From Chiloscyllium plagiosum (taxonomy: Eukaryota), in contig NC_057719.1 in assembly GCF_004010195.1 (NCBI RefSeq), positions 27,137,623 through 27,201,622 of the forward strand: DNA of 64,000 bases, written 5' to 3'. How positions within the stretch are numbered: the stretch's first letter is position 1; each line of letters opens with the position of its first letter. The position numbers were made by a program, and so were the translations under genes. The notes under the pieces were generated by a model, which was not told the origin of the DNA, did not search any database, and worked only from the letters and a program-made list of their open reading frames with translations. This document shows positions 51,742 to 63,789 of this stretch, in pieces.

Positions 51742-54700
51742 AGATGAAAGTGAAGACTGCAGATGCTAGAGATTAGAGTCGAGAGTGTGGTGCTGGAAAA
51801 GCACAGCAGGTCAGGCAGCATCCGAGGAGCAGGGGAATCAGCGTTTCAGGCAAAAGCCCTTCATCAGGAATGAGGCTGGGACCCACAGGGGTGGAGAGAT
51901 AAATGGGAGGGGGATGGGGCTAGGAGGAAGGTAGATGAGAGTGCCATAGGTGGATGGAGACAGGGGTGAAGGTGATATTCGGAGGGGAGGAGCCGGTGCT
52001 GAGCTCGAGGGTTGGAATTGGGTAAGGTAGGGGGAGGGGAAATGAGGAAACTGGTGAAATCCACATTGATGCCATGGGTTGGAGGGTCCCGAGGCAGAAG
52101 ATGAGGCGTTCTTCCTCCAGGCGTCGGGTGGTAAGGGATTGCCGATGGAGGAGACACAGGAACTGCATGTCCTCGGCAGAGTGGAAGGGGGCATTGAAGT
52201 GTTTGGCCACGGGGCGGTGTGGTTGGTTGGTGCAGGTGTCCCGGAGATACTTACTGAAATGTTCTGCAAGTAGGCATCGTGTCTCCCCAGTGCAGAGGAG
52301 ACCACATCGGGAGCAACATTTACAACGTGTGGAAGTGCAAGTGAAACTTTGATGGATTTGGAAGGCTCCTTTGGGGCCTTGGATGGAGGTGAGAGGGGAA
52401 GTGTGGGTGCAGATTTTGCAATTCCTGCAGTGGCAGGAGAAGTGCCGGGAGGGGATGGTGGGTGTTGGGGGCACGTGGACCTGATGAAGTAATCACGGAG
52501 GGAATGATACGGCTAGACTACAGCCGCTGCAAACGCCGGCCAGACAATCACTGCCGCCATCACGACGAGATCCTCTTCCGCCATGACCAATGCAAGGCCC
52601 AACTGGAACAATACTTCCACCTCCTCTGTTGCCACCGCCGCAGCCACTTCTAGCCCCTCCAACATCAACCACGACGCACATTCTGTGACTTCTGCCCCCT
52701 TTGTGGCCGCTGCCGCAGCCACTTCTGCCCCCTCTGACATCACCTACGCCGTGCGTTCTACCACTTCCACACCCGCAGCTACTGTCATTGCAAACACTTC
52801 TGCCCCACTGAGGCCACTCAGCTGTACACCGCTGACACGCCCTCCACGGATCCCACTGACACCATCCCTGCCCCCAGAACCCCAGGGTGAGCATCACTTC
52901 CGCAAATGACGTCACCCCCGGTCCCCCCACTACCACGCCCACTCCAGTTACAGTCTCTGCCCCCACTCCCAGCTCCCGCCCTATACCAGGTCCTAGCTCC
53001 CAGCCCTGCTGAATTTTCACCATCCGCCCAGACCTCCCCCTCACTGAGGATGAACGGTCAGTCCTCAGCAAAGGCCTTACCTTCATCCCCCTCTGCTCCC
53101 GGATCAACAAATTCAACGTGTGTTGTGACATTGAACACTTCTTCCACGGCCTCTGCCTCTGCACTTACTTTTTCAATCAAGACTCCCACCCGCTATCTGA
53201 GGACCCCTTCTCCCACCTCCAACACACCCCATCCACCTGGACACCCCCTTCCGGTCTGTTACCCATCCTCGACCTCTTTATTTCCAACTGCCGTAGGGAC
53301 ATTGACCACTGCAACCTGTCTACTCCCCTCCCCCACTCCAACCTCTCACCCTCACAAGGCACAGCCCTTCACTCCCTCTGCTCCAACCCCAATCTCACCA
53401 TCAAACCAGCGGACAAAAGGGGGTGCAGTGATAGTTTGGTGCACTGACCTCTACACTGCTGAAGCCAGGCGCCAACTTGAAAACACCTCCTCCTACTGCC
53501 CTATCGACCACAACCTCATCCCCATCACCAAACCATCAAATCCCAGATGTCACGCAACCTCAACACCTCAGGGGATCTCCCACCCTCAGCTTCCAACCTC
53601 ATAGTCCGGGAACCCTGCACCGCCTGATTCTACCTCTTTCCCAAGATACACAAGCCTGACTACCCCGGCTGACCTATCATCTCAGCCTGCTGTGCCCCAC
53701 TGAATTCACCTCCACATACCTCGAAACTGTCCTATCCCCCTAGTCCAGGAATTCACCACAAACTTTCGGGACACCACCCACACCCTCCACTTCCTCCAAG
53801 ACCTTTGTTTCCCTGGCCCTCAATACCTCATCTTCACCATGGACACCATACACCTCATCCACCATGACCAGGGCCGCCAAGGCCTCCATTTCTTACTCTC
53901 CCAATATCCCCACCAGTACCCTTCCACTGACACTCTTATTCCTTTGACTGAACTGGTCCTCAGCATCAACAATTTCTCCATCAAATCCTCCCACTTCCTC
54001 CAGATGAAAGGGGTAGCCATGGACACCCACATGGGCCCCAGCTATGCCTGTCCCTTTGTTGGCTACATTGGAACAGTCCATCTTCTGCAGTTACACCAGC
54101 ACCACTCCTCACTTTTTCCTCCACTACATTGATGACAGCATTAGCGCCACTTCGTGCTCCCACAAGGAGTTTGAACAGTTCATCAACTTAACTAACGCAT
54201 CCCACCTCAGCCTTAAATTCACCTGGACCATCTCAGACACCTCCCTCCCCTTCCTGGACCTCTCCATCTCCATCAACGATGACTGACTCAACACTGACAT
54301 TTTCTACAAACTCACCAACTCCCACAGTTACCTGGATTACACCTCCTCCCACCCTGCCTCCTGTAAAAATGCTATCCCTTATTCCCAATTCCTCCGCCTC
54401 TGCCGCATCTGTTCCCAGGAGGACCAGTTCCACCATAGAACACATGAGATGGCCTCATTCTTTAAAGATCACAATTTCCTCTCGCACGTGGTTGATGATG
54501 CCCTCCAATGCATCTCATCCACTTACCGCACCACCACCCTCGAACCCCATCCCTCCAACTGCAACAAGGACAGAACCCCCCCCTCCCCCGGTCCTCATCT
54601 TCCACCCCACCAACCTCCATATACATTGCATCATTCTCTGCCATTTCCACCACCTACAAACGGACCCCACCACCAGACATATATTTCCCCACCCCTATCT

Positions 54701-55380
54701 GCTTTCCATAAAGATCATTCCCTCTACGACTTTCTTGTTAGGTCCACATGCCCCAACAATCCACCCTCCCCTTCCGGCACTTTCCCTGCCGCTGCAGGAA
54801 TTGCAAAACATGCGCCCACATCTCCCCCCTCACCTCTATCCAAGGCCCCAAAGGAGCCTTCCAAATTCATCAAAGTTTCACCTGCACTTCCACACATGTC
54901 ATTTACTGTATCTGTTGCTCTCAATGTGGTCTCCTCTACATTGGAAAGACAGGGTACCTACTCACAGAGCTCTTTAGAGAACATCTCCGGGACATCCAAA
55001 CCAACCAACCACACCGCTCCATGGCTGAATGCTTCAATTCCCCCTCCCACTCCACCAAGGACATGCAGGTCCTGGGCCTCCCCCATCACCAATCCCTTAC
55101 CACCCGACGCCTGAAGGAAGAACACCTCATCTTCCACCTCAGGACCCTCCAACCCCAGGGCATCAATGTGGACTTCACAGTTTCCTCATTTCCCCTCCCC
55201 CCACCTTATCCCCGTTCCAACCTTCCAACTCAACACCGCCCTCATGACCTGTCCTACCTGTCCATCTTCCTTCCCACCTAACCTCTCCACACCCCCCGAC
55301 CTGTCACCTTTACCTCCACCTCCATCCACCTATTGCACTCTCAGCTATCTTCCTCCTAGCCACACCCCATCCCATTTATT
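51742..55380 (+). mobile_element. Near-full-length Penelope-like retrotransposon (Neptune-type), decayed, with ~770-bp inverted copy of its 3' part at the 5' side (51742-52508)
   Basis: RT motifs IKPADK, QMKGVAM.THMGPSYA, YIDD, LPFLDLSIS; Cys motif PCRCRNCKTC; GIY-YIG VIYCICCSQCGLLYIGKTG..FREH; frameshifted; TSD tctca(a/g)a(c/t)tgaat at 51729-51741 and 55381-55393. Confidence 0.93.
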
Positions 55381-57849
55381 TCTCAGATTGAATGCTGATT
55401 CTACCATGTTATGGCCACTGTTTTCTCGGGGATCTTTTACTCTAATATTATTTATTAAACCTGTCTCATTGTACAACACTAGATCCAAAATAGTCTGGAT
55501 CCACAGTTTTGTTTATGGAAACTGTCCAAATACTCTCTGTGAATTCTTGCTCTGCCATTCTGACTAAACCAATCTTCATGAACATCAATGTCACCCATGA
55601 TTAACATACTGCCTTTTTTACATGTCCACATTATCTCCTAATTTATTCTCTGTCCCACCATATAACAACTGTTATGGAGCCTATGGATTACTTCCACTGG
55701 TGTCTTCTTCCCATTTTTATTTTTATTATTTCCTTTTCACCCATATAGATTCTCTACCTTCCAATCCAAGATCATTTCTTGCTTTGATATTTATTCCATC
55801 CTGTACTAACAATGCTACTCCACACACGTTTCTTCCCATCTGTCCTTTCAAAAGGTCAGATACTCCTGCATATTTATTTCTAGCTTTGTTCTCCTTATAA
55901 TCATGTCTCCATAATGGTTGTAAGATCATACCCTCTATTTGTACCATTAATTCATTTAACTGTTCCGAATGCTACATGCATTCAAGTAAACAGCCATTGA
56001 TTTTTGCCTTTTACCACTTTTCCCTCCTTCGACCTTATTTACTGCTATTTCTCTTTCTTGGTATACTCTGTTCCCTCTTGTCCCACTCCGAATATTGTTA
56101 TCCAAATAGCTGCCTTGTAATGCTGCTATATCCTTTTGGTTCACAAGCCTACATTTCCCATTTCCAAATCCTCTTGCTCACCACCCATTGCCCCACCCCT
56201 AACTAGATTAAAACCCTCTCTGCAGCACTAGTTATTTAATTCACTAGGACTAGCACTAAAAGTCACTAATTTTAATTCACTGGTTTCAGAAGGGAATAAC
56301 ATGTCAAATTAACACTGGGTGCAGTTCATTTGCTTGTTACATCAATTGTTGGGCCTTTATGTTTCAATGTTTCTCTTGTACAGAGTTGCTCTTATTATTT
56401 GTCATTGAAGAAAGGAAGTTATGGACAAGTGAGAAGACATAAAGCTGGTAATGAGAGCATTTTAAAATGCTGAAGCAACAAAAAGAGCAGTGGAGCTATT
56501 AATATAACACGTTTACACATTATCTTTATATGTGTCAAATATATTTGGATAAGTATGCCTAATTTACAACAACCTGATCCTAGCAAAATTGTTGCAGAAG
56601 TTTCTTAAAACGATCTATATTACAAAACAAGGACAAAATAAATTGACAATTCTGAATCATTTCACATTAGCTAATCTTGATTTGAAGTATCATCGAAATA
56701 TGTGACGTTTAATTCTATGACATTAAACATCCAGTCCTGTCTGTGATCCTACTGGCCATATCACCAAGCTATGAAAATGCACAATAATAGACAATAACAC
56801 AAGTTTTGGGTACATGATGTCTTGTACATTATAATTCTAGTGGAGTCGTCATCCTGATGTACAGGAAAGTTATATTTATCATGGGGGACATGGTCAGATG
56901 AAAATCAATAACCCTTCTCAATAATTAAATTTGTGGGTTTTAAACAACCATCCATTTACAACCCTGGGGTAGGTTTTAACTTGCTGCCTGGATGTGAAAC
57001 TCAGAATCACTGATCAGTCAACCATAATAGAAACTGCCAATTTTCATTTTCATTGGGTTTCACTGAATTATTTTCTGATCATGTGTTGCTGACTAGAATC
57101 TTGTTCAATGTAATCGGCAATTGGAAAATAAGAAGCTTGCTGTCCAAACATTATAAACGTGCTGTGCTGCCGAAAATGTTTGAGTCCAGGACTATATTCC
57201 CACTTGAATCAGTGACACTAAAATAGCTCTAAACCAAAATCAGAGATGTCTTGTGTGTGACGGGGTTTTTCATGTCCTTAATCATTTTTTTCAATGACTG
57301 CCTGCAGAGTGCCTTGACTTCGCTCTTGTTCATTTCTAACAATGGCTTCTCTTCCAGTAGTCATGCACTGATACCTTTATAGTCACCCTCTTCACATGAT
57401 CGTATTATTGACTGTTGTCTAGTCAAAAGCATATATTGTGCAGCATTAACTTCTTAACTAGGAAGTAAGGAATGGAGTAGAAATGGTTGCTGTAATATGT
57501 TTTTAGGTCTCTAGAATAGGAAAAAAGGGGAAAAGAGAGAGAGGCCTGAGTTTTGTCCATTCCATTAGCACAGACAGGTGATGGGTGGAGATGGAGAATT
57601 ACAGGGGAGGTGTCAGAATCCAAACATGAAAATGAAGCAATTAAGTCAAAGATGGGAAGGTAACAAAATTGAAAACTTGCCCGTGAGTGACAGGAAGCTT
57701 AATAATATTGCACACAAGCATTCCATTCAAATATAACTTAATGTAATTGAAATCTTTCAAAGTTAGTAGAATTCACACGTGTTTCATGCCTTAAGTAATC
57801 CACCCAGTGAAAACTGATGATATATATGTGGCTTTCTTGACTCACTGTA

Positions 57850-58670
57850 AGAGTCCTTTCAACCTCCAGTAGACTGAATCATATCCATGCTGCTCTTGTA
57901 ATCCCATTTTCCAGAACTTTCATGGAATGGTGTTTCAAGCTTGCAGTCAAAAAGTTCCTAACTGTCTTAAGGTCTCCTATCTCTACCACCCTTTTAGGCA
58001 ATGAGTTCCAAATACCTGCAACCCTCTGAGTGAAAAATGTTTTCCTCAAATCTTCTCATCCTCCTGCTCCTGAAAACTATGCCCTCAGTTATTGACCTCG
58101 CTATTAAGAGGAAATGTCTATACTCCTCAGAAATTTGTCCACCTCAGTCAGATATACCCCTCAACTTTCTCTTCTCTATGAACAACATCCTTCGCTTATC
58201 TCGACTCTGTATAGCTGAATCACTCCAGCCCATGTAACATCCTGATGAATCTCTTTTGTACGCTCTTTAGTGCAGTCATATTATGGTTGTAAGGTGGAAA
58301 CTTGAACTTCATATAATTCTCCAGCTGTGGCCTAGCTAATATTATATTTGCTCCACTATATCTTCCTTCCTCTTATGCTCAATGGTTTGACTAATAAAGG
58401 CAAGTATCCCAAATATTTTCTTACTTATCCTAACTATCCATCCTGCTGCCTTCAAGGCTTTATGGGCATGCACATCAAGGTCCCTCTGATCCCCTACATT
58501 CTACCATTCATTGTTTACTCCATTTCCTTCTTAGTCCTCCCATAATGTATCACTTGTCAGTATTAAGTTCCATTTACCACTGTTCAGCCCATCTGACCAG
58601 TTTGCCTACGTCATTCTGTGGCCTAAGGCTTTCTTCCTCACTAGTTATCACACCGTCAATCTTTGTAACC
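57850..58670 (-). mobile_element. Very decayed CR1 3' portion
   Basis: Antisense ggcaatgagttcca..accctctgagtgaaaaa, acatcctgatgaatctc, gcccatctgaccagt patterns. Confidence 0.6.
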
Positions 58671-59310
58671 AAGGCTTGGTTGTGATGTTCCAGTTGCCAA
58701 ATTGCTTTCTGTCCCTATTCAGACATGCAAGTGAACAAGTATCATTTGGTCAAGGTACTAGAAACAGCCTTGAGTCATCACCTTTCTCATCAGCATTAAG
58801 AGAGGTCATGGTCCAATTATGGCTGCTAAACCTATATCAATTTGGAATAATCATTAGCCATTACTTAAAAGTTTGACATTTGAGGGTTAATTTTCAAAAA
58901 GCAGCCTTAGCCAACCTAGGACAAGAAGAGGAAAAGGTATTGGGAAATATGTAAGTGTATGGCAAGAAATGCAGAGGGTAACACAGATATTAATGTCAGG
59001 AAACATAGGCCACTGTCATCAGGATTAATACTGTTAAATAATGAAAAATGCTAGGTATTTTGCACAAACACTCACTCTGGTGTTGAACAAATTGCTGAAA
59101 TCACTTTGGGTCATGCAACAGGAGGAAATCAGCTGAGGAAGTGAATGCTTTTGGAAACACAAGCAGAGCAGGGATCAATAGATTTGGAAAATGTTAAACA
59201 TGCAACTATGACTGCTGCAGTAGATCAGGCTAGTTTGTGTCAACTAAACAATTTTATTTGATTAAAAGACCATAGGAATAGAAACTGGAATAGGCCATTT
59301 GGCCCCTTGA

Positions 59311-59430
59311 GGAGAAAGTGAGGACTGCAGATGCTGAAGATCAGAGTCGAGAGTGTAGTGCTGGAAAAGCATAGCAGGTCAGGCAGCATCCGAGGAGCAG
59401 AAGAATTGATGTTTCAGGCATCAGGAATGA
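59311..59430 (-). mobile_element. Solo PLE terminal unit with deleted hammerhead helix II
   Basis: ggagaaagtgaggactgcagatgctg..gtttcaggcatcaggaatga; no clear long TSD. Confidence 0.8.
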
Positions 59431-60190
59431 TGAGCCTGCTTCACCATTCAGTAAGATCATGGCTGATCTGACATCCCCCCCGCATCCATTTTCTTCCTGT
59501 TTCCCTATAACCCTTGATTCCCTCACTGATCAACAATCTATCACAGCCTTAAATATACAGAAGGACTCTGCCCAACAGCACTCTGCAGTAAGTAGTTCTA
59601 ATGACTCACAGCCCTCTGAGAGCAGAAGTTCCTCCCCATACAGTCTTAAATTATTGCCCTTTTATTTTGAGACTTTGCCCTCTGGTCCTACACTCTCCCA
59701 TGAGGGGTAACATCCTCTCAGCATTTATCCTGTCAAGCCCCTTAAGAATCCTCTATGTTTCAATTAGATCATCTCTTATTCTTATAGTGAGTTGAGTCCC
59801 AACCTATTTAGCTTTAGCTCAGAAGAGATCATCCAAGTGAACCTTCCCTGAGCTGCCTCCAATAAACTGATATATTTTCTTGAATAATAGGACCAAAACT
59901 ACTCACAGTATTCCAGATGTGGTCTCACCAAAACCTTGTAAGACTTCTCAACTCTTATACTCCATCTCCTTTGAAACATGGACCAATATTCCATTAGCCT
60001 TCCTGATTACTCGCTGTACCTATGCACTAGCTTTCTGTGTTTCATGCACAAGTACCCCATGTCCCTTTGTGTTGCAGCTTCCTGCAGTTTTTCTCCATTT
60101 ATAAAATATTCTGCTTTGTTCTCCTTTGAAAATTAACAACTTTGCATTTTCACAAATTATACTCTATTTGCCAACCTCTTGCCCACTAAC

Positions 60191-60872
60191 AATAGCCAAC
60201 AGACAATAGGTGCAGGAGTAGGCCATTCTGCCCTTCGAGCCTGCACCACCATTCATTATGATCATGGCTGATCATCCTCAATCAGTTTCTGCCTTATCTC
60301 CATAACCCTTGATTCTACTATCCTTGAGAGCTCTATCCAACTCTTTCTTAAACGAATCCAGAGACTGGGCCTCCACTGCCTTCTGGGGCAGAGTTTTCCA
60401 CACAGCCACCACTCTCTGGGTGAAGAAGTTTCTCCTCATCTCTGTCTTAAATAGCCTACCCCTTATTTTTAAGCTGTGTCCTCTGGTTCAGCACTCACCC
60501 ATCAGTGGAAACATGTTTCCTGCCTCCAGAGTGTCCAATCCTTTAATAATCTTATACGTCTCAATCAGATCCCCTCTCAGTCTTCTTAACTCAAGGGTAT
60601 ACAAGCCCAGTCGCTCCAATCTTTCAACATAAGATAGTCCCGCCATTCCAGGAATTGACCTCGTGAACCTACGCTGCACTCCCTCAATAGCCAGAATGTC
60701 TTTCCTCAAATTTGGAGACCAGAACTGCACACAATATTCCAGGTGCAGTCTCACCAGGGCTCTGTACAGCTGCAGAAGAACCTCTTTGCTTCTATACTCA
60801 ATCCCTCTTGTTATGAAGGCCAGCATGCTATTAGCTTTCTTCACTACCTGCTGTACCTGCATGCTTGCCTTC
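60191..60872 (-). mobile_element. Younger 5'-truncated CR1 LINE
   Basis: Minus ORF KKANSMLAFITRGIEYRSKEVLLQLYRALVRLHLEYCVQFWSP..RRLRGDLIETYKI. Confidence 0.92.
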
Positions 60873-62439
60873 ATAACCTATCACTATCTCTTTGCAAACT
60901 GATTGTATCCCTCTCACAGCCTGCCTTTCCACGTATTGTTGTGTGTCTCCAAAACTTGCTGCAGTACATTCACTTCCTTCCTCCAAGTCACCAATATATA
61001 TTGTAAACAGTTACGGTCCAATGATCCCTATGGAACCTCATTGGTGACAGGTTGCCAAGCTGAAAAAGAACTTATCCTCACTTCCTGTTTTTTTGCACAT
61101 GAGCCAATTCTCTCTATGCCAGTATAGTACTTCTAACACTGTGGGCTCTTATTGCATGAATTATTTGATTAAAATTATTGTATACATTATATCTGTTATT
61201 ATTAAGTACATTGGGGCTGTTAAGTTCAAACTGTAAATAAGGAACTAGCTGTAGAATATGCAAATAACTTCACCTGTTTCATTCAAGCAATATCCAGCCT
61301 TTGCTTTTACTCTGTTTGTTAGATCGAATAATTTATTGTATTTCCCTGCTCTTAAAATCTTTGCCATGCGAGTGAAGTTGGCACATGCCAAATCGCAGCT
61401 GGTGCAAATGTGCAACGTTGGCCCAATCTTGAGAGCAATATCTGACTGTATATGAGAACCTGTAATATAAGCTGATCATCTGCTCTCAGAAGACATGTGG
61501 TTTCTGCAGGCCAGAACAAACAATTGTAGTAAGTTGTCACCTTAATGATTGTACATTAGGTTTGAACAGACCATGGTAAGACATATAATTTGCTTCTATC
61601 CAATTTAACTAGTGTTCAGTTAACACTCAATTGATGCTCCTGCTTGCTCCTGCTGAGATTTAACTTGAAAAATGTACACCTTTTTTAAGGCTGATGTATT
61701 ATTAATGGAATATTCAATGTAGTGTTCAAAATATTCATCTTTAATCCCTGAAGAGTCCAAGATAACCCTGGATAATTAGAAACACGAATCCCAATCAAGT
61801 TTTGTCAGCTGCATCATCTGCCTGGAGAACAGTGTAGGTTGAAGTTAAATTGGGTTCTGATTAGCTAAATAAATTAAGCATACTTTAAATAAGCAACATG
61901 TTGCTAACTGCTGGACAGGTAGGACCATATTATTTCCGGGGTATGTTAAATTTGAGTTAGGTAATCTGATTTATGCCCCACAGTCATATTTTTTAGTCAA
62001 CATGCGACTTCTGGATTGTAGTTTCAGATTTTGAAAATTGGGTGCCAAAATGTTAGGACATAATTCAGGCAAATATAATGAGAGAGTATTTTCATATATT
62101 CGATGTTGATGGTTGGTGGGAGCAATTAAAGTCCAGAATTAATTGTACTGGGATAATTATGAATAAGTTAGTTTCTCACAGTATGTCAGAATAATTCTGG
62201 CCTAATTAAAATAATTTGTTTTGCATTTGTATTTCAGTGTCCAAGGACAAGAGATTCAGGAAAATTCACTCCCCAGGGAAAAGTATTGTAGGCTGCAGAA
62301 AGAACATACAAAGCATTGTGCTGGTATCCTCAGCTGATGCATACCCTAGACATAAAAGACAAGAAGCTAAAGCTCTTGAATTTATTTTTCAGAATTGACT
62401 CAACAGTGCTTCATATACTTAGATGATCTGCTAATGCTG

Positions 62440-63270
62440 TCACCATGAGGTGTAGGAGCTGAAATAGACCATTCAGCTCATTGTGTCTGCTTTGCCATTC
62501 AATGAGATCATGACTGATTTGATTCTCATGGACTGTCATTCCTGCCTTTTCCCTATGCCCTTGATTCCCCGAACGATCAAGACATCTGTTGATCTCGGCC
62601 TTGAAGATACTTAACAACCCAGCCTCGACTGCTGTCTGCTGTAATGAATTCCACTGACTCACTACCTTCTGAGAGAAAAAAATCACCCTCATCCCTGTTT
62701 AAACGGATGACCCCTTATTCTGAGATTATAGCCTCTTGTCCTAGACTTTCTCACAAGGGGAAACAGCCTCTCTGCTGGTACACTGTCAAGATTCTTAAGA
62801 AGTTTGTAATTTTCAATAAGATCACCTCTCATTCTTTCAAACTCCATTGGGTACAGACCCAGGAGAAAGTGAGGACTGCAGATGCTGGAGTACCAGAGTT
62901 GAAAAATGTGGTGCTGGAAAAACACAGCAGGCCAGGCAGCATCTGAGGAGCAGGAGAATGGACGTTTTGGGCATAAGCCCTTCTTCAGGAATGAGGGCTT
63001 ATGCCTTCCTGAAGAAGGGCTTATGCCCGAAACTTCGATTTTCCTGCTCCTCGGATGCTGCCTGGCCCACTGAGTACAGACCCAACCTACACAATCGTTA
63101 TTTAAATAATAATTAGCTCTTCTATTCTTTGCTAAAGTGCATTATCTCATTTTCCAACGTTATATTACATCTGCCAAGTTTTAACCCACTCACTTATCCT
63201 GTCTATATCACTCTGCAGACTGTGTTATCCTCACTTCTTGCCTTCCCATTTATTTCCGTGTCACCTATAA
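62440..63270 (-). mobile_element. Decayed CR1 3' portion
   Basis: FFSQKVVSQWNSL; MRGDLIENYKLLK..RTRGYNLRIRG. Confidence 0.82.
62862..63066. mobile_element. Palindromic PLE mini-element (family A); sense hammerhead motif at 63009-63036
   Basis: TSD cca(t/c)tg(g/a)gtacagaccca at 62844-62861 and 63067-63084; CTGAAGA A GGGC TTAT GCCC GAAAC TTC; extra helix II copy at the centre (62994-63005). Confidence 0.88.
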
Positions 63271-63789
63271 ATCTGACAGGACTGTGGAAACTCAATCATT
63301 GAGCATGTTCAGGACAAATATTGATTGCTTTCTAAACACTAATTACATCAAGGGAAATGGAAATAATGAAGGAAAGTGACATTGAGGTAGATGACCAGTC
63401 ATAATCTAGAATGGCTGAACAGGCTCAATGGGCAGAATGCCTACTCCTGATCCTTTGATTCCCTGATCATTTATGATTGTCTGTTGAATGAAGATTGGAC
63501 TTGGTGAAAAATCTGCTGCTGAATTGCTGCAAGCTCATCGCACTCTGCTAGCTACTGCATACCAGTCTGACACACCATATTCCCAAAATGTGCAAGTGGC
63601 AAATCAGAAGGGAGAGTGTTGTCCAACTATATTGTCACACCACACAATTCTTACAGGCAATGACCATCTCCAATAAGAGAGAATCTAATCCTTGATGTTC
63701 AATGCCATTGCCACCTCCAAGTCCTCTACCCATGAACATCCTGGGAGTTAACGTTAACCTGAAACTGAACTGGTGGGTGGTTTGCACAG

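Larger units (their letters stand above)
50420..56250 (-). mobile_element. Decayed CR1 LINE hosting three PLE insertions (CR1 parts ~50420-51741 and 55381-56250)
   Basis: Minus KPDKSSGPDGMHPKTLK; AILDLVL..SGHNMV..F reads through once the large PLE is removed; YLNACSIRN and GVALLVQDGI (APE N-terminus). Confidence 0.8.
59265..61150 (-). mobile_element. Decayed CR1 (59265-60190, 60873-61150) split by a younger CR1
   Basis: Antisense CR1 3'UTR and RT text; resumes after 60872. Confidence 0.75.

Noticed and set aside
52481..52510. CTGATGA on + strand as another hammerhead
   Set aside because: No helix II or GAAA box follows; it is antisense PLE coding sequence.
52493..54977. Long alternative-frame and antisense ORFs (223 aa, 232 aa) as new genes
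   Set aside because: By-products of the C-rich, stop-poor composition of the PLE.
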